From: an uncultured bacterium | GTDB taxonomy: Bacteria; Patescibacteriota; Minisyncoccia; Phycocordibacterales; GWA1-40-21 | Direction: 5' to 3' | DNA: 64,000 nucleotides | Assembly (NCBI GenBank): GCA_903831595.1 | Contig: CAIKXY010000002.1 | Coordinates: 28,339 to 92,338, forward strand | In this document: positions 48,304 to 57,061 of the stretch, one piece after another | How positions within the stretch are numbered: position 1 is the stretch's first letter | Layout of the letters: each line of letters starts with the position of its first letter | Translations under genes and position numbers: made by a program | Notes under the pieces: model-generated | The model's database searches: none | Seen by the model: only the letters and a program-made list of their open reading frames with translations | Told to the model about the DNA's origin: nothing

Positions 48304-50601
48304 ATGAAAAATTTTGGTAAAAATTTAATATCAACAGTAATCATTTCTCTATCATTTGCTATTATTGGGCCGATTTCTGCATTTGCGGTAACGACACCAA
48401 ACCTTGGAGCCGCAACTACTTATGGTATTCTTGGTGGTACTTATACAAATACAACAGTTGGAGGAACCACGATTACTAACGGAGACGTCGGATATACTAC
48501 TCCGCCGGCGGCAGTACCTACTATGGTTGGAGGTACGATTTATGGAAATGTTCCACCCACTCCTGCTGCAAGAACAGACGCAACCGCAGCTTTGACTACC
48601 TTAAATGCGATGACATGTCCGCCAGCTAATAATTTAGGTACTACAGTTGATTTATCATTAGTACACAGTGCTTCATATACACCAGGTGTTTATTGTAGTA
48701 CTGGTGCCATGTCTATAGGAACTGCAGGAATTACTCTTAATGGTGCAGGAACTTATGTTTTTAGAGCCGATGGAACTTTTGGTACAGTTGTAGATTCTGT
48801 TGTTACGCTGGCAGGTGGTGCGTCTGCTTGCGATGTCTTTTGGACACCAACAGGAGCAACTACACTTGCTGCTAACACAACACCAGCAACGACATTTTAT
48901 GGAACTATAATTGATAATAATAATTTTATTACCGTTGGTATAAATGTTGGGTGGCTAGGAAGAGCACTTTCATTACTTGCGGGAACAGTTACGACAGACA
49001 CTGATTCAATTACTGTCCCATCTGGATGTACGTCCGATGTTACTCCACCAGTGATTACTTTGGTCGGGACTTCTCCAATTACAAAAGAATTTGGTTCAAC
49101 TTATACAGATGTCGGAGCTACAGCGGCAGATAACATTGACGGAAATATTACAGCAAATATCGTAACCGTTAACCCAGTCAACACTTCAATTCTTGGTGCG
49201 TATACAGTTACTTATAACGTTTCAGATTTAGCAGGAAATCCTGCTACTCAAGTTACAAGAACGGTTAATGTTATTGATACCGCGATACCAGTAATTACAA
49301 GGCTAGGTTTAAACCCAGTCTCAATAGTAATCGGTACAGTATATACAGATGCTGGAGCTACAGCGGCAGATAATGTTGATGGAAATATTACCCCAAGTAT
49401 TATAACTGTTAATCCAGTAAATAAAGATGTTGTAGGCACTTACACAGTTACTTACAACGTTACTGATTCATCAGGAAATCATGCAGCTCAAGTTATAAGA
49501 ACGGTTAAGGTGATCGCTGCTATTGATAATGTACCACCAGTTATTACAGTTGTGGGTTCAAGCACAGTGTCATTGACAGCCAGTACTGCATATACAGATG
49601 CTGGAGCAACAGCGTTAGATGATGTTGATGGAGATATCACAACTAACATTGTTACTGTTAATCCAGTAAATATTAATTTAATTGGAACTTACACAATCAC
49701 TTACGACGTTGTTGATTCATCTGGGAACCATGCTATTCAAAAAATAAGAACAGTTAATGTTGTTGGTGTTGCACACAAAAGACCAACTTCTACGACAGCG
49801 CCAATTGTACCAATAATCGGTATATTAAAAGTACCTTCACCACTTAATTTACCGCAAGGAGCTGGAAAAGTCCTATATAATTATTCAGTTTGGAATGTTG
49901 CAAAATTACAACAATTAATTGACGTCACGGTTGTTGATGATAAATGCAATCCTGTAGTTTTAGTTTCCGGTGACGCAAATAATAATGGAAAACTTGATAT
50001 TGATGAAACTTGGAAATATACTTGTACTTCAACACTTGCAAACACTACTACAAATACTGCGATAGCAACTGCTCATAGTAGTGATGGTTATTACAATACA
50101 GCAATAGCAACTGCAATTACTACAGTTGTTGTCGGTGCACCGATACAACCACCACTTATTCATGTAATAAAAGTTCCTAGTCAATTGACCCCATTCCCAT
50201 TTGGAGGTGGTGAGGTTACCTACACATACACCATAACAAATCCTGGTTTAGTTTCATTAAACAACGTTGTTGTTACTGATGATAAATGTCCCACAGTTTC
50301 CTATGTTTCTGGTGATGCAAATAATAATAATTTGCTTGATGTAGGTGAGTCATGGATTTATGCTTGCAAACAAAATATTAAAGTTTCAACTGGAAATGTT
50401 GCTACAGCTACAGGTAAAGCAAATGGTTTAACTGCTGTAGCTTATGCTTTTGTAAATGTTCTTGTCTCTTCTCCATCTCTCCCAGATACAGGATTGATTC
50501 CTGAGTTAAATAATACCTCATGGATTATTGCTACTCTTGCTGGTGTAATTATTATTCTTTCAATCTCACTCACTGTAGTTTTAAAGAAAAAGAAAGTTTA
50601 G
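48304..50601 (+). CDS. Sortase-anchored ice-binding (DUF3494) adhesin with three Ig-like (DUF5011-type) and two DUF11-like repeats
   Basis: YTPGVYC...YVFR...VFW DUF3494; three PVIT..G...YTDAGATA.D.VDG repeats; two VTDDKC...GDANNN repeats; LPDTG + TM + KKKK tail. Confidence 0.85.
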   Translation: MKNFGKNLISTVIISLSFAIIGPISAFAVTTPNLGAATTYGILGGTYTNTTVGGTTITNGDVGYTTPPAAVPTMVGGTIYGNVPPTPAARTDATAALTTLNAMTCPPANNLGTTVDLSLVHSASYTPGVYCSTGAMSIGTAGITLNGAGTYVFRADGTFGTVVDSVVTLAGGASACDVFWTPTGATTLAANTTPATTFYGTIIDNNNFITVGINVGWLGRALSLLAGTVTTDTDSITVPSGCTSDVTPPVITLVGTSPITKEFGSTYTDVGATAADNIDGNITANIVTVNPVNTSILGAYTVTYNVSDLAGNPATQVTRTVNVIDTAIPVITRLGLNPVSIVIGTVYTDAGATAADNVDGNITPSIITVNPVNKDVVGTYTVTYNVTDSSGNHAAQVIRTVKVIAAIDNVPPVITVVGSSTVSLTASTAYTDAGATALDDVDGDITTNIVTVNPVNINLIGTYTITYDVVDSSGNHAIQKIRTVNVVGVAHKRPTSTTAPIVPIIGILKVPSPLNLPQGAGKVLYNYSVWNVAKLQQLIDVTVVDDKCNPVVLVSGDANNNGKLDIDETWKYTCTSTLANTTTNTAIATAHSSDGYYNTAIATAITTVVVGAPIQPPLIHVIKVPSQLTPFPFGGGEVTYTYTITNPGLVSLNNVVVTDDKCPTVSYVSGDANNNNLLDVGESWIYACKQNIKVSTGNVATATGKANGLTAVAYAFVNVLVSSPSLPDTGLIPELNNTSWIIATLAGVIIILSISLTVVLKKKKV

Positions 50602-50725
50602 TTTAAGTTCTATTATTAAAATTAATTAACCCGCTAAAGTTTTGACTGATGTAAAATCAAAGATTTTACGGGCATTAAACAAAAAGTTTAATGCGTCAGT
50701 CAAAATTTTCTCGGGTAAAAAAAAT

Positions 50726-50866
50726 ATGCTTACAACAATCGCATTTGTGCTTATAGTTTTGTGGCTCGTTGGATTTATTGCTTTTCCTGTGATAGGAGGA
50801 TTTATTCATATTCTTCTTGTGATTGCTGTTATTACAATTCTAATAAGGGTTATCAGAGGTAAATAA
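50726..50866 (+). CDS. lmo0937/DUF5670-family small membrane protein
   Basis: MLTTIAFVLIVLWLVG...GGFIHILLVIAV...RVIRG. Confidence 0.85.
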   Translation: MLTTIAFVLIVLWLVGFIAFPVIGGFIHILLVIAVITILIRVIRGK

Positions 50867-50893
50867 ATCTAAAAATAATTTATAATCAAAAAA

Positions 50894-51559
50894 ATGGGAT
50901 TAAAAATTTCATCAAAAATATTTCTGCTTATTATTATTTTTGTAATAGTTTCATTTTTTGTGATTTTGCTTTTCTTTCCAACATCAAATGTTCAAAACCA
51001 AATTTCTTACGCAGAATCAATACCAATTCCATCTGTTGTTGTGCAAACTTTAAAAAATATTGTTAGCACCACTTCCAAAGTGCAAACAAATTTATCCGCA
51101 GTAGGACAGGTAGGAATAGGACTTCCGATCAGTTTAAAAATTCCCAAAATTAATGTTGATGCCACGTTTGAATACAAGGGACTTACATCTGGTGGAGCAA
51201 TGGATGTGCCAAAAGGCCCTGATAACGTCGCATGGTTTAGTCTAGGAACACTTCCTGGTAATATAGGTTCTGCTGTTGTGGCAGGGCATTATGGTTGGAA
51301 AGACGGCATACCAGCAGTGTTTGATGATTTACACACCTTACAAAAAGGAGACAAAATATATGTTGAGAATGATATGGGAAAGACAATAACTTTCGTTGTG
51401 AAAGAAATCGGAATATATGGCGAAAATAGCGATGCTTCAAATGTATTTGGTTCAAATGATGGAAAAGCACACCTAAATCTGATTACTTGTGAAGGAATTT
51501 GGGATGCATATAAAAAAAGTTACTCAAACCGTACAGTCGTATTTACTGATATGGAATAG
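50894..51559 (+). CDS. Class F sortase
   Basis: LKIPKINVDA, VAWF, PGNIGSAVVAGH, LNLITC, R (catalytic His/Cys/Arg). Confidence 0.9.
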   Translation: MGLKISSKIFLLIIIFVIVSFFVILLFFPTSNVQNQISYAESIPIPSVVVQTLKNIVSTTSKVQTNLSAVGQVGIGLPISLKIPKINVDATFEYKGLTSGGAMDVPKGPDNVAWFSLGTLPGNIGSAVVAGHYGWKDGIPAVFDDLHTLQKGDKIYVENDMGKTITFVVKEIGIYGENSDASNVFGSNDGKAHLNLITCEGIWDAYKKSYSNRTVVFTDME

Positions 51560-51622
51560 AAAAATATCAAGCAAAATATAAACAATTTGTAATAATATGA
51601 GTTCTCTAACGTCTTAATAAAT

Positions 51623-52177
51623 ATGAAAACCCCCACAAAAAAGATAGATTTCGTTGAAAATTTTTTAGGAGAAAGTTGGACATATATAAAAACTGTAGTG
51701 GATGTTATGCGGGAACCAATTTTGATTCTTGATAAAGATTTAAGAGTAATGGCGGCCAACGAATCTTTTTATAGAGTGTTCCAAGTTGAACAAAAAGACA
51801 CCGAAAAGAAAGTTGTATATGAGCTTGGAGATGGTCAGTGGAATATTCCTGCATTAAGAAAACTTCTTGAAGATATTTTACCTAAAAACACATTTTTTAA
51901 AGGATTTGAAGTTATTCACGAGTTTCCATTTATAGGAAAAAAAGTGATGATTTTAAATGCACGACAAATTCATTTTAAAGAAGAATCTGTTTCAAAATTA
52001 TTTCCATCAATTATACTTTTAGCAATGGAGGATATTACCGACATGATGGTTGTTGCTGAAACACTTGCTGGTCATGCAAATCATTTAGAAACAAGATTTA
52101 CAGAAAGAACACAAAAGTTGAGTACCGATATTGTAAAATTAGAAAAAGAAATTATTCAACTAAAAAAGAAAGTATAA
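51623..52177 (+). CDS. Stand-alone PAS-domain protein
   Basis: REPILILDKDLRVMAANESFY...YELGDGQWNIPALRKLLE...LNARQI...LAMEDIT plus C-terminal coiled coil. Confidence 0.85.
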   Translation: MKTPTKKIDFVENFLGESWTYIKTVVDVMREPILILDKDLRVMAANESFYRVFQVEQKDTEKKVVYELGDGQWNIPALRKLLEDILPKNTFFKGFEVIHEFPFIGKKVMILNARQIHFKEESVSKLFPSIILLAMEDITDMMVVAETLAGHANHLETRFTERTQKLSTDIVKLEKEIIQLKKKV

Positions 52178-52263
52178 ATTTACATACTCCGAAAAATCAC
52201 TGTTTAAGCCGCAGTGGTTTTTTATTTGTTTTTCCCATTTTTTCGTGTATATTACATATGTTT

Positions 52264-52337
52264 GGGCGCTTAGCTCAGTTGGTTAGAGCACCTCATTTAC
52301 ACTGAGGGGGTCAGGGGTTCGAATCCCTTAGCGCCCA
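52264..52337 (+). tRNA. tRNA-Val(TAC)
   Basis: GGGCGCT/AGCGCCC acceptor, CCTCA-TTTACAC-TGAGG, GGTTCGAATCC. Confidence 0.96.
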
Positions 52338-52527
52338 CAAAAATATCCGCCGCGGATTTTTTTGTGGGCGCTAACACGCAAACTTCTTTGCGTGTGTAAG
52401 GGATTTGAAAGACTTTTCCGTACGAGCAAAGCGAGGTGGAAAAGTACCCGCGACGGTAGTCGAGAATCCCAGAATTATTGTAAATAGCAGTTATCACAAA
52501 TCTATGCTAAATTATTAAAATATCTCT

Positions 52528-53256
52528 ATGAAAATCCCCATTCTCTATGAAGATAAAAATGTCGTTGTGATAAATAAGCCAGCAGGGCTTATTGTTCATC
52601 CAGATATAAAAACCAAAGAAAAAACTTTGGTTGATTGGATTTTGAAAAAATATCCTAAAATAAAAAATGTTGGGGAGCCGATTATCCTTTCAGATGGCAC
52701 AAAAATATTGAGACCTGGGATTGTGCATAGGATTGATAGAGATACGACAGGTGCTCTTATTATTGCAAAAAACCAAAAAGCGTATGAATTTTTGAAAGGG
52801 CAATTTAAAGTTAGAAAAGTCCATAAAGTTTATCAGGCGTTTATTTACGGTGATTTAAAAGATGAAAGAGGAATGATAGATAGACCTATAGGTAGAAGCT
52901 CAACGGATTTTAGAAAATGGACATCGCAAAGAGGTGCTCGTGGGGAGATGCGAGAGGCAGTAACATATTTTAAAGTTTTGGGAAATAAAAATAATATTAC
53001 TTTTGTTGAAGCAATGCCAAAAACAGGTAGGACGCATCAAATAAGAGTACATTTTAGCGCCATAAATCATCCTCTGGTACAAGATAAACTTTATGCATCA
53101 GATTTTTTTCTAAAAAAGAGGCAACAGTTTGGTTTTAAAAGAACTGCGCTCCATGCAAAAGAATTGGAGATTACATTACCTGATGGTAAATTGCTAAAAA
53201 TTACAGCTCCATATCCAGAAGATTTTGCGGATGCAATGAAAAAAATGAACAAATAA
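52528..53256 (+). CDS. RluA/RluD-family pseudouridine synthase
   Basis: [34 protein letters not shown]. Confidence 0.95.
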   Translation: MKIPILYEDKNVVVINKPAGLIVHPDIKTKEKTLVDWILKKYPKIKNVGEPIILSDGTKILRPGIVHRIDRDTTGALIIAKNQKAYEFLKGQFKVRKVHKVYQAFIYGDLKDERGMIDRPIGRSSTDFRKWTSQRGARGEMREAVTYFKVLGNKNNITFVEAMPKTGRTHQIRVHFSAINHPLVQDKLYASDFFLKKRQQFGFKRTALHAKELEITLPDGKLLKITAPYPEDFADAMKKMNK

Positions 53257-53309
53257 GGCCGTGGTTTTTCTTGCGAAAAATGACCTTATGTGCTAAATTA
53301 CTACAACTT

Positions 53310-53753
53310 ATGCAATTAAAAAATATTAAGATTTCACCTATAGATATGGAAGCCAGAAAGAAGATTGATATGAGATCTGGCGATACTGTTCGTGTATGGC
53401 AAAAAATTAAAGAAGGAGAAAAAACAAGACTTCAAGCTTTTGAAGGAATGATTTTGGCTATAAAACACGGAAAAGAAAATGGCGGAACTTTTACTGTAAG
53501 AAAAGTTATAGATGAAGTTGGAGTAGAAAGAATCTTCCCTTTATATTCTCCAATCATTGATTCAGTTGAAGTTTTGAAGAGAGCAAAAGTTAGAAGAGCA
53601 AAATTATATTACATTAGAGAAAAAGCAGCCAAAGAGCTCAAGAGACATTTGAAGAGTGAGCTCCTAAGTGCAAGACAAGAAAGCAACACTGATACAAAGA
53701 GAGTAGAAAAAGCAGAGAAAGCAGAAAAGGCTGAAAAAGAAGAAACAAAATAA
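53310..53753 (+). CDS. rplS: 50S ribosomal protein L19
   Basis: [21 protein letters not shown]...FTVRK...[11 protein letters not shown]...[11 protein letters not shown]. Confidence 0.97.
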   Translation: MQLKNIKISPIDMEARKKIDMRSGDTVRVWQKIKEGEKTRLQAFEGMILAIKHGKENGGTFTVRKVIDEVGVERIFPLYSPIIDSVEVLKRAKVRRAKLYYIREKAAKELKRHLKSELLSARQESNTDTKRVEKAEKAEKAEKEETK

Positions 53754-53825
53754 ATTAAAAAATCCCGTGGCAAACGGGATTTTTTGTTTGAAAAAAAATG
53801 GTTTTAGTATATTATGAACTCCGAT

Positions 53826-53909
53826 GCTCGGGTGGCGAAACTAGAAGACGCACTACCTTGAGGTGGTAGCGGGAGCAATCCTATGCAGGTGCAAGTCCTG
53901 TCCCGAGCA
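53826..53909 (+). tRNA. tRNA-Leu(GAG)
   Basis: GCTCGGG/CCCGAGC acceptor, CTACC-TTGAGGT-GGTAG, long variable arm, atypical T loop TGCAAGT. Confidence 0.88.
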
Positions 53910-54177
53910 CAAACTGCAAATAATTGAAAATCGCCTAGTAATGATAGGGCGATTTTCTTTTGCAGTTTGTGAGACGGACTGAGCGTAGCGAAGGAGTCGG
54001 GGGCTGCGACTTTGCTTTGAGTTCACGAAAAGCAAAAGTTGTGGCCCAGATAAAAATATCAAACAAGCCTGTCCCGTGTATGAAAAAACATACAACAAGC
54101 CTGTCTCGAACACATTTTATAAAGAGTTTTAATGATATTTTAGATGTGGTCTAGAACTTTCGTGTTATAATTTTATT

Positions 54178-54735
54178 ATGAATAATACATATATTTTTTT
54201 ACGTCACGGTGAGACAATAAAAGATCCAGCAGTTCATCCAAAAGAATGGAAACTTACTCCAAAAGCTCTAACGGTGATTAATGAGTATCTTAATTTAGAT
54301 ATATTTAAACAAGTTAATTTTATTTATTCATCAACAGAAAATAAATCAATTGCAACTTTAAAACCGATTGCTAATTTTTTGTCTAAGAAAATAATTGAAG
54401 TTGAAAATTTTGTAGAAATAGGCAGAAGCCCAAAATTTTTAAGTGACGAAGAATTTTTGGTTCAAAAGAAAAGACAACTAACTGAGTTTCAGGTGGAGGT
54501 AGATGGCGGCGAATCTGCGGAGCATGCCCTCAACCGTTTTAAAGAAGGAATAGGACAAATTGAAAAATATTATAATAACAAAGTCGTTTTGATTGGAAGT
54601 CATGGAACTGTTTTAAGCCTATATTTTGCTAATATTTTAAATAAAATGGACCAGGCTTATGAGCGCTGGGGGAAATTACCATTTTGCGCATACGGTGTAA
54701 TACGAGATGGTAGGGTTGAAAAAGACATCATTTGA
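54178..54735 (+). CDS. Histidine phosphatase (phosphoglycerate mutase-like) family protein
   Basis: FLRHGET, YSS, GGES, GSHG. Confidence 0.88.
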   Translation: MNNTYIFLRHGETIKDPAVHPKEWKLTPKALTVINEYLNLDIFKQVNFIYSSTENKSIATLKPIANFLSKKIIEVENFVEIGRSPKFLSDEEFLVQKKRQLTEFQVEVDGGESAEHALNRFKEGIGQIEKYYNNKVVLIGSHGTVLSLYFANILNKMDQAYERWGKLPFCAYGVIRDGRVEKDII

Positions 54736-54838
54736 TTTTTTTAATATTAGGACTATTATTTATACAGATAAAAGTTGTTATTTAAAGTCGATTTATTAAC
54801 AAAAATTAAGTCCATTCCATAGCGAGTGGCAAAATATT

Positions 54839-55105
54839 ATGGTAAAAGCAGTCAAAAAAGAAAAACCAATTGGCGTAATAAGTCATTGGTATGGCAATAT
54901 AAACGTTGCAGTTATTAAACTTACTGGCGCATTAGCAGTTGGTGATAAAATAAAAGTTAAAAAAGGCGATGTAGAATTTGAAGAAGTTATTGAATCAATG
55001 CAATTAAATCACGAGGCAATAAAATCTGGTAAAAAAGGACAAGATATTGCAATCAAACTCGCTGGATTAACAAAAGAAGGCGCAGAAATTTATAAAGTAA
55101 AATAA
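54839..55105 (+). CDS. Translation-elongation-factor-like small beta-barrel protein
   Basis: IGVISHWYGNINVAVIKL...L.VGDKI...SMQLNH...GQDIAIK. Confidence 0.75.
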   Translation: MVKAVKKEKPIGVISHWYGNINVAVIKLTGALAVGDKIKVKKGDVEFEEVIESMQLNHEAIKSGKKGQDIAIKLAGLTKEGAEIYKVK

Positions 55106-55106
55106 A

Positions 55107-55646
55107 ATGTCTCAAACAAAAAGGGGTGATGATGGGAAGACAAATCTCTATGGTTGCGACCAAAGAATTTCAAAAAGCTCGGCTATTACCGAGGCACTTG
55201 GGTGTTTGGATGAGATAAATTCTTATCTTGGTGTTGTAAAGGCAAATCTAAAAAAAGAAATATTAGGGAAAGAGGAAATTTCTGGCATTATTCATGGTAT
55301 TCAAAATGATTTGTTTATTGTTCAAGCACAAGTGGCCGGTGCGGACAAAAAAATAAGTGAAAATAATGTTAAATATATTGAGGATATTATTTCAGAAATT
55401 GAGAAAAAATTACCCCCGATAAAATCTTTTCTTGTTTCTGGTGCAAATAATATTTCTGCATATTTTGATTTTGCGCGAACACTTGCAAGAAGAGCAGAAA
55501 GAAGAGTCGTTGCTGTGAGCGAGGAGGGAATAGCAAAAATCGACCCCAAAACCCTTGTTTTTTTAAACCGTCTATCGAGTCTTTTGTATGTGTTCGCAAG
55601 ATACTTTGCCTTAAAAAATGGAGATGAGGTAGCTCCAAAGTATTAA
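55107..55646 (+). CDS. PduO-type cob(I)alamin adenosyltransferase
   Basis: TKRGDDGKT, GCLDEINS, IQNDLF, ARTLARRAER, FLNRLSS. Confidence 0.92.
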   Translation: MSQTKRGDDGKTNLYGCDQRISKSSAITEALGCLDEINSYLGVVKANLKKEILGKEEISGIIHGIQNDLFIVQAQVAGADKKISENNVKYIEDIISEIEKKLPPIKSFLVSGANNISAYFDFARTLARRAERRVVAVSEEGIAKIDPKTLVFLNRLSSLLYVFARYFALKNGDEVAPKY

Positions 55647-55685
55647 ACCTAGATTTAATCGTAAAAATCTGTTATAAATAGTTTG

Positions 55686-55835
55686 TTTGATGGTGGCTAC
55701 GGTGAGAGGTAGCAGTTATGCTTGTTATTAGACAGTTTGTTTGATGTTCATTTGTATTTGATGGTGACTACGGTAGGAGGTAGCAGTTATGCTTGTTATG
55801 AGACAGCTGTTTTGAGGTTCGTTATGTTGTTTGAT
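55686..55835 (+). repeat. Two tandem 71-73 nt repeats beginning with the 5' end of the adjacent tRNA-His
   Basis: TTTGAT-GGTGRCTACGGT...GGTAGCAGTTATGCTTGTTAT.AGACAG at 55692 and 55763; tRNA starts TTTGAT-GGTGGCTATGGT...GGTAGCA at 55836. Confidence 0.85.
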
Positions 55836-55907
55836 GGTGGCTATGGTGTAGCGGTAGCACAGAAGCCTGTGGAGCTTTTAGTTCGGGTTCAACTCCCGAT
55901 AGCCACC
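55836..55907 (+). tRNA. tRNA-His(GTG)
   Basis: G-1 plus GTGGCTA/TAGCCAC, C discriminator, GAAGC-CTGTGGA-GCTTT, TCGGG-TTCAACT-CCCGA. Confidence 0.93.
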
Positions 55908-56144
55908 CAATTGACAGCAGTCAGAAAGTGTGACCTGATTGCGTCGTGTTCGCGAATTTTCGTTCTAGACTCGTACGGTTCAAATCGTGAAAGGGACCCA
56001 AGAGTCAGCGATTGGTTTTCAGACCGGTACGCGTCAGTTTTATAGAATTTTGGTTCTAGACCAATACAGTTAAAAAACTATGAAAATAAAAAACTGGCGT
56101 AGGTTAGTGACGTCAGTTTTTCAATGTTATAACTTTGTTATATT

Positions 56145-56435
56145 TTATCTACCTAAACATTCAGGGAGATAAAGTAAGTTATCTCTTTTTGTTTCATCTG
56201 CAATCGTTTTGACATACCTTGTTCCCTCGTGTATCGCTACCATAAGTCGTGCTCGAGTTAGTCCTGATGAAACGTATGCTTCTCCTCCTTTGATTACGAA
56301 GTCATACATTTGCAATCTAGTACTCCAACCGACTTGTCCTGTGATATCATTTGTCCAACCAAGACCTCTAATTGCCTTATGTGGATTCTGATGATACCCA
56401 GCGTCTTTATTGATACATGTAATTTTAATAGCCAT
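56145..56435 (-). CDS. DUF3892-family protein
   Basis: MAIKITCINKD.G.H.NPH.AI..LGW...GGEAYV...YVKTIAD....DNLL.LPEC. Confidence 0.85.
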   Translation of the reverse strand: MAIKITCINKDAGYHQNPHKAIRGLGWTNDITGQVGWSTRLQMYDFVIKGGEAYVSSGLTRARLMVAIHEGTRYVKTIADETKRDNLLYLPECLGR

Positions 56436-56719
56436 TTTTGTATTGTGTGTGTTTGTATCCCGATACTTGTTAATATTCAGCCTTTTAGTTATTATACTAA
56501 GGGTCATTCAATCGAGTTCTAACCAAATCCCAATCATAGACTCTCATCAGCGTAGTATCAGATTCTTGTCGATGAGACCTAACAAAAATAGGAAGTCGTT
56601 TCTTTCGCGAGCAACATCTTCCGCATTTTCGTGCTTACCACGGTTTTCACCATGTTATATCTATATTATCAAATTGATAAACGCTTGTCAAATCATTTTG
56701 ATAAGTGTATAATGCCAGT

Positions 56720-57061
56720 ATGAAAAATGAAGAAAATAAAGGGTCATCTATAGGTTCTCGAATTAGAAGTGCTCGTGAGGAAATGGGTTATTCACAACTT
56801 GATCTAGCTAAGAAGCTGGATTTTGAGTCTGCAACAGCAATCTCACTCATTGAGAGCGGGGAACGTAATATTACTATCAATAATCTAGAAAAAATTGCTG
56901 GCATCCTCCATCGAAGTGTTAATTATTTTCTAGGGAAGCCAGAAAAAGATAATGTTACAGTTGAATATGCTCTTCGTGCTGATAAACATCTTTCTCCAGA
57001 TGCAAAAAAGGCTATTCTCCAATTCATAGAATTAGCAAAAAATAACAAGAATGGAAAATGA
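56720..57061 (+). CDS. XRE-family HTH repressor
   Basis: IGSRIRSAREEMGYSQLDLAKKL...ISLIESGER...LEKIA. Confidence 0.92.
   Translation: MKNEENKGSSIGSRIRSAREEMGYSQLDLAKKLDFESATAISLIESGERNITINNLEKIAGILHRSVNYFLGKPEKDNVTVEYALRADKHLSPDAKKAILQFIELAKNNKNGK

Noticed and set aside
44823-52263. Integrative element with defined att sites between tRNA-Arg and tRNA-Val
   Set aside because: No integrase and no direct repeat of either tRNA end at the far boundary; reported only as an accessory block
55686-55860. CRISPR array
   Set aside because: Only two to three degenerate units, derived from the tRNA 5' end, with no unique spacers and no cas genes
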